Source: Candidatus Daviesbacteria bacterium
GTDB taxonomy: Bacteria > Patescibacteriota > Microgenomatia > Daviesbacterales > UBA10151
Length of the DNA stretch: 64,000 bases
Direction: 5' to 3'
NCBI GenBank assembly: GCA_028687915.1
Contig: JAQTZF010000001.1
Location: 482,634-546,633, forward strand
The translations under genes and the position numbers were made by a program. Below the pieces are notes generated by a model that saw only the letters and a list, made by a program, of their open reading frames with translations, searched no databases and was not told where the DNA came from. Below, piece by piece: positions 19,576-28,058 of this stretch; within the stretch, counting starts at the first letter, position 1, and the number at the start of each line of letters is the position of its first letter.

Positions 19576-20748
19576 TTATATCATTTTGAAAACTTTTGTA
19601 TATGTATTTCCTTCTAAATCATGAGCAGCTACCCCAAAGTTTTTGTTTTTATCTTCAGGTAATAATTTGTATTCCCAGGTATCCTCACTTATTTTAAATA
19701 AGGGTTTCCAGGAATAAATATTTTTACTGTATTTGATAGCTAAAAAAGGCTGTTTGTTAAATAAAGTTTTATTAGTTTTAATGTTAATTTTTTCATTACT
19801 TTTTTTAATATTAAGCTTTAATGGTTTTATAGAAGAAATATTTTGAAATTGTTTGATTGCATCTTTTCCTGATTTATAAAAGAATTTAATTTTTTCTTTC
19901 TTTGAGTATTTTGATATCCACTCCATTACCTTGGTAAAATCTTGTTCTCTATCACGAAAATCATGATCAAAAAGAGAAAGGATAATATCAGAGCCTTTTT
20001 TGGCGTCTGCAAAAGCTTTTGCAATCTCTTCTTCGGTAATAATATTAACATTTGATTTAATATCTAAAGACCTGACAACTAGTCGCTTCATATCTCCTGG
20101 TTTAGTAAGGTCAGCATTTGAAGGGTGATAAGGCACCCAACTATTTGGTGCTTTATGCCATGGAAGTATATCTATTAATTTACTTCCATCAGCTTCAATT
20201 TTCTTCCAATTGATATGATCTCCGTTTCTATTAGAATAATCATAAGGAATCCATTGTTCTAACCAATTAGATTGATCAGTGTCTTCTATTGTACCTCCAG
20301 CCCGATAAGTAATAGGGAAAAAATTACAATCAATAATAAATCTGCATAATTGATTTTCGTATTCACGATTAGTAAACCAATCTGTGCCCCATTCATTACC
20401 GATTCCAGAAATAGAAGCATGATGATAATGCCAACCAATTTCATCACCATATTTTTTTATTTCTTTGCCCCAAGTTTTTAGATAGTGATCATAAACTTTA
20501 TGGTATCCAAAATCATGTTGAATTGGGTTAGTACGAAATCCAGTCCAATTTAACATAAACCATGTAAAAACGGCAGGATTGTTATTACTGTCAGGGAAAG
20601 AATAACGAAATTTATCAGAGAAAACTTTAGACAAAAAAATTCTATCAATATCTTTCCAATTGCCAATAAGCTGAGAGGGAAATTGATAGTTAGGATCAGT
20701 AAAAGGCCCTTCCGTATCAATACAAAAAACAACAAAAACTCTGCCCAT
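19576..20748 (-). CDS. hypothetical protein, possible divergent polysaccharide deacetylase (CE4/NodB-like) fold
   Basis: FCIDTEGPF resembles the TFDDGP motif and WHYHH resembles the HSxxHP metal motif, but weakly. Co-oriented with the rSAM and SDR genes. Confidence 0.25.
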   Translation of the reverse strand: MGRVFVVFCIDTEGPFTDPNYQFPSQLIGNWKDIDRIFLSKVFSDKFRYSFPDSNNNPAVFTWFMLNWTGFRTNPIQHDFGYHKVYDHYLKTWGKEIKKYGDEIGWHYHHASISGIGNEWGTDWFTNREYENQLCRFIIDCNFFPITYRAGGTIEDTDQSNWLEQWIPYDYSNRNGDHINWKKIEADGSKLIDILPWHKAPNSWVPYHPSNADLTKPGDMKRLVVRSLDIKSNVNIITEEEIAKAFADAKKGSDIILSLFDHDFRDREQDFTKVMEWISKYSKKEKIKFFYKSGKDAIKQFQNISSIKPLKLNIKKSNEKINIKTNKTLFNKQPFLAIKYSKNIYSWKPLFKISEDTWEYKLLPEDKNKNFGVAAHDLEGNTYTKVFKMI

Positions 20749-20751
20749 TTA

Positions 20752-21537
20752 TTATTTGCTCCAGCCTGGATCCCAAAGTTGTCTGGTATAACCAGCATCT
20801 ACTATTAAATTTGTACCTGTGATTGCATTGGCTCTCTTTGAAAGAAAAAATAAAACAGGATCAGCTATTTCAATTGGTTCGACACTTCGTCCTAATGGAG
20901 TTCTTGCTTCAAAGCGTCGTAGAATTTCTTTAGGTTTTGGGTCTACGTATTGTGCTTTATTTTTTTCTGTATTGACGTTACCTGGCGATACCATGTTTAC
21001 TCTAATATTATAGGGAGCAAGTTCCATGGCATAAGCGACTGTTTTCCCCCACAAATCGCCTTTTGCAGAAGTATACAAAACCACATCCTGTGCTGCCATG
21101 ATAGTTTCGATAGACCCAATATTAACTATTGATCCACCATTTTTCATTCGGCGATAAGAGAATTCAGTTAAAACAAGAGCTGTTTCAGAATGAGCAGTCA
21201 TCATCTTGCGAAATGATCGTATGCTTCTTCCACCATGACTTGAGTCAGAACCTAATAATCCTGCATTGTTTACCAGTCCATCAAGATTGGTAACATGACC
21301 AAGAGTTAGATGCACCAAGTCTTCATTTGCAGCGTCGCTTGAAAAAAATTCATAATCATGGCCAATTTTTAAAGAAGAATCTCTTAATCTCTGTTCTAGC
21401 TCTGATCCCTGAAAATCTTTTAAATCAATGCCGATAGGACTTGCGCCCTCTTTAAGAAGTTCTTCAAATATACAAGATCCAATCCCACTTGCAGCTCCTG
21501 ATACAATTATTGTTTTATTTTTTAGTTCTAGGTTCAT
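20752..21537 (-). CDS. short-chain dehydrogenase/reductase (classical SDR)
   Basis: TGxxxGxG (VSGAASGIGS) and YTSAK (YxxxK). Confidence 0.75.
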   Translation of the reverse strand: MNLELKNKTIIVSGAASGIGSCIFEELLKEGASPIGIDLKDFQGSELEQRLRDSSLKIGHDYEFFSSDAANEDLVHLTLGHVTNLDGLVNNAGLLGSDSSHGGRSIRSFRKMMTAHSETALVLTEFSYRRMKNGGSIVNIGSIETIMAAQDVVLYTSAKGDLWGKTVAYAMELAPYNIRVNMVSPGNVNTEKNKAQYVDPKPKEILRRFEARTPLGRSVEPIEIADPVLFFLSKRANAITGTNLIVDAGYTRQLWDPGWSK

Positions 21538-21583
21538 GTAGAGATTGACTTTTGCGTTATTTTATCATAAAACATTAAATACA

Positions 21584-22636
21584 ATGATAATCAAAATTAG
21601 TAAGAATAAAATAGGAAAAGGAAACTCTATATTTATAATTGCAGAAGCTGGGGTAAACCATAATGGTAAACTTGATCTGGCTTTAAAATTAGTTGATGTT
21701 GCAGCAAGTGCTGGTGCAGATGCAGTGAAATTTCAAACTTTTAAAGCTGAACAAGTAGTTACAGATAAAGGTGAAATGGCTGATTACCAAAAAAAGAATT
21801 TGGGAAAAGTTGAATCCCAACAAGAGATGCTAAAGAAGCTGGAACTACATGAAGAATTTTACCAGCCAATTATAAAAAGATGTAAAGAAAGAAAGATTAT
21901 GTTTCTTTCTACACCTCATGGTGGAGTTGAAAGCGTAGATTTTTTGGAGAGTTTAGGAGTGGAGGCTTTTAAGGTTGGTTCTGGGGATTTAACTAATTAT
22001 CTATTATTGAACAGACTAGCGAGAACTCATAAACCTGTAATTTTAAGTTCAGGAATGGCAACTTTGAAAGAAGTGATTAACGCTGTGGATTTTATTAAGA
22101 GTAAAGGATGTAAGCAATTAGCAATGCTTCATTGCACAACTGATTACCCTTGTCCTCCGGAAAAAGTAAATATGGCATCAATGGTTACAATGATGAAAAA
22201 ATTAGATATACCAGTGGGTTATTCTGACCATACTCAGGGTAATAGTGCAGCTATTATGGCAACAACGCTAGGTGCAACTATTTATGAATGTCATTTTACG
22301 GTAAATAAAAAGTTACCAGGACCGGATCACATTGCTTCAGCCAGTCCTGAAGAACTTAAGGTTAGAATAAATAGTATTCGAGAGGTTGAAATAATGATGG
22401 GGAATGCAAAAAAGATTCCTAATGAAAGTGAAATAAAATTAATTAATATTGTAAGAAGAAGCTTGGTGGCAGCATCTGATTTATCAAAGGGACATAAATT
22501 AACAATCCAGGACTTAGAGGCGAAAAGACCCGGGGATGGTATCTCTCCATCTAAATATGAACAATTTTTGGGAAAGATTTTAAAAAAATCAATACAAAAA
22601 AATCAACAAATTAAAAACTCCGATATTAAGCACTAG
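21584..22636 (+). CDS. neuB: nonulosonic acid synthase (NeuB/LegI/PseI family)
   Basis: IFIIAEAGVNHNGKLDLALKLVDVAASAGADAVKFQTF; C-terminal SAF-like domain. The internal ATG is more plausible than the track TTG. Confidence 0.85.
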   Translation: MIIKISKNKIGKGNSIFIIAEAGVNHNGKLDLALKLVDVAASAGADAVKFQTFKAEQVVTDKGEMADYQKKNLGKVESQQEMLKKLELHEEFYQPIIKRCKERKIMFLSTPHGGVESVDFLESLGVEAFKVGSGDLTNYLLLNRLARTHKPVILSSGMATLKEVINAVDFIKSKGCKQLAMLHCTTDYPCPPEKVNMASMVTMMKKLDIPVGYSDHTQGNSAAIMATTLGATIYECHFTVNKKLPGPDHIASASPEELKVRINSIREVEIMMGNAKKIPNESEIKLINIVRRSLVAASDLSKGHKLTIQDLEAKRPGDGISPSKYEQFLGKILKKSIQKNQQIKNSDIKH

Positions 22637-22682
22637 CATTCATTAAAAGACATATATATAATCTGTCCAATAAGTAAATTCC

Positions 22683-23831
22683 ATGGGAAAAAGAAAGATT
22701 GCATATGTTTCTGGCACCAGAGCAGATTATGGTTTAATGACTCCGATACTTCGGGCTGTAGCAAATAGTTTTAAATTAGATCTCCAGCTTTATGTTACAG
22801 GTATTCATTTGATGCCAAAATTTGGAGAAACTGCAATCTTTGTTGAAAAAGAATTTCCATCAACAAAAAGAATTAAATCAATTTTTAAAACAGATGAGAG
22901 ATTTAGTATGGTTGGTTTTTCAGGAGAGTATATTAATTTATTAAATAAAATTTTTCAAAAAAACCGACCTGATATGGTCTTGATTTTAGGGGACAGAATA
23001 GAAATGCTTTGTACAGCAATGGTTTGTCTATATTTAGGGATTCCTACTGCACATATTCATGGTGGTGAGAAGACTTATGCTGTGGATGAGGTGACACGTC
23101 ATGCAATTACCAAGATAAGTAGCTTACATTTTCCAGCAACAAAAGAGTCTGCAGAAAGAATTATAAAAATGGGAGAAGAAAAATGGCGTGTACATGTAGT
23201 TGGTGCACCTGCTTTGGATATTATTTTAAATAAAAAATTACCAACAAAAAAAGATATTTTTAAGACGATTGGATTGGACCCAAAACAACAATTTATTTTA
23301 ATTACTCAGCATCCTGTTAGTGAAGAAATAGCTATTGCAGCTCAACAGATGAGAGAAACTCTTGAAGCAGCCAAAAGTTTTAATATGCCAATTATAATTA
23401 CATATCCTCATTCTGACCCAGGAGGAAGAAGGATTATTGAGGTTATAGAAAAATATAAGAATAATCCATTGTTCCATATCTTCCCAAGTATTAAATATGA
23501 AAGTTTCTTAGCATTAGAAAGAGAGGCAGCAGTTTGGATAGGTAACAGCAGTGGGGCAATGATTGAGTCATCTTCTTTTAAAACACCTGTTGTGAATATC
23601 GGGACAAGACAAATCGGAAGACAGCGAGGAAAAAATGTTATTGATGTAAGTTATAATCGTGAAGAAATTGTAAAAGCTATTAAAAAATCCTTGACGGATA
23701 AGTCTTATCTTGCTAAGCTGCAAACTATCAAAAACCTCTGGGGTGATGGTAAAACAGGACCAAGGGTTGCCAGGATTTTGGAAGAGGTTGAGATTAATTC
23801 AAAACTGCTCACAAAACAAATAACATACTAA
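22683..23831 (+). CDS. neuC: hydrolysing UDP-sugar 2-epimerase (NeuC/LegG family)
   Basis: KIAYVSGTRADYGLMTPIL and an Epimerase_2 fold (HIHGGE). Confidence 0.8.
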   Translation: MGKRKIAYVSGTRADYGLMTPILRAVANSFKLDLQLYVTGIHLMPKFGETAIFVEKEFPSTKRIKSIFKTDERFSMVGFSGEYINLLNKIFQKNRPDMVLILGDRIEMLCTAMVCLYLGIPTAHIHGGEKTYAVDEVTRHAITKISSLHFPATKESAERIIKMGEEKWRVHVVGAPALDIILNKKLPTKKDIFKTIGLDPKQQFILITQHPVSEEIAIAAQQMRETLEAAKSFNMPIIITYPHSDPGGRRIIEVIEKYKNNPLFHIFPSIKYESFLALEREAAVWIGNSSGAMIESSSFKTPVVNIGTRQIGRQRGKNVIDVSYNREEIVKAIKKSLTDKSYLAKLQTIKNLWGDGKTGPRVARILEEVEINSKLLTKQITY

Positions 23832-25357
23832 TGCATGATAATTTTAAAAATTGGAAACTGCCTAAATTTAATAAATCTGGTATGACTAGATGGAATTGGA
23901 TGTGCCAGTATTCAGAAAATCTAAAATTGGGTAAAAATACAGACATAGGTGCATTCACTTATATAAATGCTAATTTCGGGGTTGATATAGAGGATTATGT
24001 AGAAATCGGGTCTGGTTGCAGTATTTATTCCAACAATACAATTGATGAAATAACTGGCAAAGTTATCATTAAAAAAAATGCTAAAATTGGAACTCATTGT
24101 ACTATTATGCCTGGAGTGACAATAGGAGAAAATGCAGTTATTGGTGCATATAGTTTTGTTAAAAATAATATTCCTGCAAATAGTGTAGCCTATGGTGTTC
24201 CTGCTAAAGTTATAAAAAAAGCAGCTGTTTCTGATGGCAAAATACAAATTGCTAAGCCCTATATTGATGATGAAGACAAGAAAGCTGTAATGGATGTATT
24301 AGAATCTGGTTGGCTTTCTTTGGGGCCAAAATATAAAGAGTTTGAACAAAACATGGCCTCATATGTTGGAACAAAGTATGCTTGTGCTGTCTCAAGTGGA
24401 ACATCAGGACTTCATCTGGCAGTAATAGCTTTAGGTTTAAAAGAGGGTGATGAGGTTATTACTACACCTTTCTCTTTTGTAGCATCATCGAATTGCCTTT
24501 TATATGAAAAAGTTAAACCAGTGTTTGTAGATATAGAAGAAGAAACTTTTAATTTAGACCCGGATAAAATTGAATCAGCAATTACAAAAAAAACAAAAGC
24601 AATTTTGGTAGTACATATTTTTGGCCAATCTGCACGAATGGATAAAATAATGAAAATTGCCAGAAAATATAAGTTAAAAGTAATTGAAGATTCTTGTGAA
24701 AGTTTAGGTGCCAGGTTTCAAGATAAGATGACAGGAACCTTTGGTGACATTGGTGTATATTCTTTTTATCCAAATAAGCAAATGACAACAGGTGAGGGGG
24801 CGGTAATTGTAACTAACTCAAAGCGGCTTTATGAATTATGTGATAGTTTAAGAAATCAGGGTAGAGGTCTTAGAGAATCTAAAAAAGGGAAGGATTGGGA
24901 TTGGTTGATGAGTGAGAGGTTAGGTTATAACTACCGGATGGATGAGATGAGTGCAGCACTAGGAATTACTCAGCTAAAAAAAATAGATTCGATGATAGAG
25001 AAAAGACGAAGGATCGTTGGGCTTTATAAAAAACATCTAGAAGATATAAAAAACCTGATTATTCCCACTGTAGGTAAAGATAGAACTCATACCTGGTTTG
25101 TTTATGTTATTCAGGTAATAAATGGTAAAAGGGATCAATTGATGAGTGACTTATCTTCCGCGGGGATTCAAGTTAGGCCTTATTTACCAGCGATTCATTT
25201 ACAAAAGTTTATGAAAAAGATGTTTGGTTTTAAAAAGGGTGATTTTCCAGTTTGTGAAAAGATTTCTTCACAAACGCTAGCAATCCCTTTTTATATTGGT
25301 TTAGATGAAGATAATATTAAATATATTGCAGCAAGGATTAGAAAAATACTTAAATGA
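23831..25357 (+). CDS. bifunctional fusion: hexapeptide-repeat N-acetyltransferase (LegH/PglD-like) + DegT/PLP sugar aminotransferase (LegC/PglE-like)
   Basis: Residues 1-130 carry LbH repeats (IGSGCSIYSN, IGTHCTIMPGVTIGENAVIGAYSFV). Residues 140-508 are DegT-like, with the PLP lysine in YSFYPNKQMTTGEGAVI. It is a single uninterrupted ORF. Confidence 0.75.
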   Translation: MHDNFKNWKLPKFNKSGMTRWNWMCQYSENLKLGKNTDIGAFTYINANFGVDIEDYVEIGSGCSIYSNNTIDEITGKVIIKKNAKIGTHCTIMPGVTIGENAVIGAYSFVKNNIPANSVAYGVPAKVIKKAAVSDGKIQIAKPYIDDEDKKAVMDVLESGWLSLGPKYKEFEQNMASYVGTKYACAVSSGTSGLHLAVIALGLKEGDEVITTPFSFVASSNCLLYEKVKPVFVDIEEETFNLDPDKIESAITKKTKAILVVHIFGQSARMDKIMKIARKYKLKVIEDSCESLGARFQDKMTGTFGDIGVYSFYPNKQMTTGEGAVIVTNSKRLYELCDSLRNQGRGLRESKKGKDWDWLMSERLGYNYRMDEMSAALGITQLKKIDSMIEKRRRIVGLYKKHLEDIKNLIIPTVGKDRTHTWFVYVIQVINGKRDQLMSDLSSAGIQVRPYLPAIHLQKFMKKMFGFKKGDFPVCEKISSQTLAIPFYIGLDEDNIKYIAARIRKILK

Positions 25358-26346
25358 GTAACTTTAAAGCTCTTTTCAAAAATAAAAAAATCTTAGTAAC
25401 AGGAGGAACTGGTTCTATTGGCAGTGAGATTGTTAGACAATTAATTAACTTTAATCCAAAACAGATAAGAATTTATTCTCGTGATGAATCTAAGCAATAT
25501 CACTTGCAGCATGACCTAAATTATTTTACTCACAACAAAGATGTACTCCGTTTTTTAATTGGTGATATTAGAGATAAAGATAGATTAGACAGAGCTTTTA
25601 ATGATATAGATATTGTTTTTCATGCAGCTGCTTTAAAACATGTTCCTTTTTGTGAAGACAATCCTTTTGAAGCAACGAAAACTAATGTACATGGAACACA
25701 AAATGTTTTGGATTTAGCAATTAATCACAGTGTTGAAAAAGTAATTGCAATTTCCTCTGATAAAGCGGTTAATCCAAATACTTTTATGGGAATTACAAAA
25801 TTAATGATGGAAAGGATGGTAATAGCAGCAGCTAATTATTCAGGTCAAACTAAGACGAAATTTGCAGCAGTACGTTTTGGAAATGTAATAAATTCAAGAG
25901 GTTCGGTAATTCCGTTGTGGATTGATCAAATAAAGAAAGGTGGCCCTGTTACTGTAACTGATAAAAAAATGGAAAGATATTTTATGACAATAAAAGATGC
26001 GGTAGATCTTATTTTTTTATCAACATCCAAAATGCTGGGAAGTGAAATATTTGTTCTAAAAATGCCAAAATATAATATTTATGAGTTAGCACAAGAAGTA
26101 ATAAATCGATATGGGAATGGCAAAAAAATTGCAATAAAAATCACAGGAGTAAGAAAGAGAGAAAAATTGGATGAGAGATTGTTTACAGATGAAGAAGAAC
26201 AGTTAATAATTGATTCCGGACTTTTTAATATTATACAGCCAAGTCCAGAAGAATATAAAAAACGTTTATTAAAATATAAAGTTGGTAAAAAAATGAATAG
26301 CACAAAAACCTCAGATATCTTTGATTCTCTTCCAAAACTAGGTTAA
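25354..26346 (+). CDS. UDP/GDP-GlcNAc 4,6-dehydratase (Polysacc_synt_2; PseB/LegB/PglF-like, short soluble form)
   Basis: KKILVTGGTGSIGSEIVRQL; about 330 aa, typical of FlaA1/PseB-type enzymes. Confidence 0.75.
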   Translation: MSNFKALFKNKKILVTGGTGSIGSEIVRQLINFNPKQIRIYSRDESKQYHLQHDLNYFTHNKDVLRFLIGDIRDKDRLDRAFNDIDIVFHAAALKHVPFCEDNPFEATKTNVHGTQNVLDLAINHSVEKVIAISSDKAVNPNTFMGITKLMMERMVIAAANYSGQTKTKFAAVRFGNVINSRGSVIPLWIDQIKKGGPVTVTDKKMERYFMTIKDAVDLIFLSTSKMLGSEIFVLKMPKYNIYELAQEVINRYGNGKKIAIKITGVRKREKLDERLFTDEEEQLIIDSGLFNIIQPSPEEYKKRLLKYKVGKKMNSTKTSDIFDSLPKLG

Positions 26347-26354
26347 CATTTATT

Positions 26355-27941
26355 TTAATTATAACGTTTTAAAAGGTTACTTACTTTTAACAGTATCTTT
26401 AATAGGAATGGGTATTGATTATTAATTGAAATAAATCCTTTTGTTGTTATGATGATAGAAATAATATAATCAAAGATCCCCAAGGTTATTCCCAATAATA
26501 AAATAATCAAACTGTAGATAATTCCGGTAATCAAAAATTGAATGAAGCCTTTTGGTGAAAACCCACTTAATTGAACTAATAAATATAAACTTAGTGAGAA
26601 TAACAACATAATTGTATAAAGTTTTACTGGTAGGTGAATACTTATTTCGTGTCGGATAATTCTAATAAACAAAATAATTGATAATAAATATATTAATGTA
26701 CTCGCGATGGCGACTCCTATTATTCCATAAAGATTAATTAATACAACGCTTATAATAATATTTGTTACTGCAATTATTAATGATGCTCTCATCCTTTCTT
26801 TAATTTTTCCCATTCCACAGGTAATAGTTGTTAAATAGCTTGATAATAAGGCAAGAATGGCTCCAAAAGCCATGATTCTTAATGGTGTTTCAATAAGACC
26901 AACCCACTTTACTCCAAATATTAGTTGAGTTGTCGCGGAAGGGAAAAGCATTATAAATAAAGAAAAATAAAAGCCCACAAATGAAATAATTTTTATACTA
27001 TTGCTTAACAGCTCACTCATCTTAACTTTTTCACCTTCCATAAGATGTGAAACTAAGGGAAGTAGTAAATTATTAATAGGGGAAAGAAATATACTGGGAA
27101 TTGATATTAAAGGAACAATGATATTATAAATACCCACTTCTCTAACATTTTTAAATAATGTTAAGAAAAAATTATCAGTGAAAGTAATAAAGGTATATAT
27201 GGATGTAGTGATTAATGTTGGTATGGCAAACTTAAGCATAGTGGAAAATAACTTTTTATCCCAGACTAATCTTTTTTCTCCAAATGAAGAGTTTTTATTT
27301 AATAGATATGTATAAATGATGGAACAGATTATGTGAGCTAAGGCCCATGAAAGAGCAAAGAATATAATATTAGAATAATCAAAAATAATAAAAAATATGG
27401 AAAAGATTAATGCAAGTAATAATCTGGAAAATTGAATAGAGGAATAGTATTTTTCCTGTTGTAGACCAGTGAACATCTTATATAAAGCCTCCAAGAAGCT
27501 GTTGGCAATAAAATAAATACAAAACAAATAAATTAGAGTTTGTGCTTCCGGTACTTTGAAATAATTAATGCTTAACCATGGTGCAATAAGGACTAGTAAT
27601 AATGTCAGAATAATTGATGTTCCAACCTCAATAATTTGTGCATATTTATAGATCATCCAACTCTGTTCAAAATCACCTTGCTTTATTAGTTTTGGCACAA
27701 GGTATGTGACGCTATAGCCGAACCCTAAATCTTTATAGGTAGTAAGAATTCCAAAGAAAGCCAATAAGGCGTAAAATAAACCATACATTTCAATTGATAA
27801 ATTATTAGAATATATTATTCGTAATACATACCCGAGAGGAGATGTTAATAGAGAGAAAAAAAGAACAGTTGAAGTGCCTCTAAAAATTCTGTTAGACAAG
27901 TTTTCTTTATTTTGCATAAGGAAGATAAAATTTTTACTCAA
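26355..27941 (-). CDS. wzx: Wzx-like polysaccharide flippase (MOP/MATE superfamily)
   Basis: 528 aa with about 14 TM helices and polysacc_synt-like topology. Confidence 0.6.
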   Translation of the reverse strand: MSKNFIFLMQNKENLSNRIFRGTSTVLFFSLLTSPLGYVLRIIYSNNLSIEMYGLFYALLAFFGILTTYKDLGFGYSVTYLVPKLIKQGDFEQSWMIYKYAQIIEVGTSIILTLLLVLIAPWLSINYFKVPEAQTLIYLFCIYFIANSFLEALYKMFTGLQQEKYYSSIQFSRLLLALIFSIFFIIFDYSNIIFFALSWALAHIICSIIYTYLLNKNSSFGEKRLVWDKKLFSTMLKFAIPTLITTSIYTFITFTDNFFLTLFKNVREVGIYNIIVPLISIPSIFLSPINNLLLPLVSHLMEGEKVKMSELLSNSIKIISFVGFYFSLFIMLFPSATTQLIFGVKWVGLIETPLRIMAFGAILALLSSYLTTITCGMGKIKERMRASLIIAVTNIIISVVLINLYGIIGVAIASTLIYLLSIILFIRIIRHEISIHLPVKLYTIMLLFSLSLYLLVQLSGFSPKGFIQFLITGIIYSLIILLLGITLGIFDYIISIIITTKGFISINNQYPFLLKILLKVSNLLKRYN

Positions 27942-27981
27942 ATATTAATTAAATATATTTATAATTTAACCTATGAAAGTT

Positions 27982-28010
27982 ATGTTAACATATCAATAAC
28001 TATCTTAACA
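27982..28010. promoter_or_regulatory. putative operator: palindrome ATGTTAACAT plus second TTAACA box 20 nt downstream
   Basis: A 10-bp perfect palindrome and a repeated half-site spaced two helical turns apart, in the divergent wzx/rSAM intergenic region. Confidence 0.3.
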
Positions 28011-28015
28011 GCTCG

Positions 28016-28026
28016 TGTGATATAAT
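28016..28026 (+). promoter_or_regulatory. extended -10 promoter element (TGnTATAAT) upstream of rSAM gene 28059
   Basis: TGTGATATAAT lies about 33-43 nt upstream of the ATG. Coordinates are approximate to +/-1. Confidence 0.4.
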
Positions 28027-28058
28027 CGTCGAATTGGAAGTGTAGTAGTTTATAAAAT

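Noticed and set aside
22683-26346. Assigning the pathway to pseudaminic acid
   Set aside because: The pseudaminic route needs a PseG-type UDP-sugar hydrolase (MurG-like GT-B). The enzyme here is a NeuC-family hydrolysing 2-epimerase, which fits legionaminic-type chemistry. The call is left as legionaminic-type NulO pending phylogeny.
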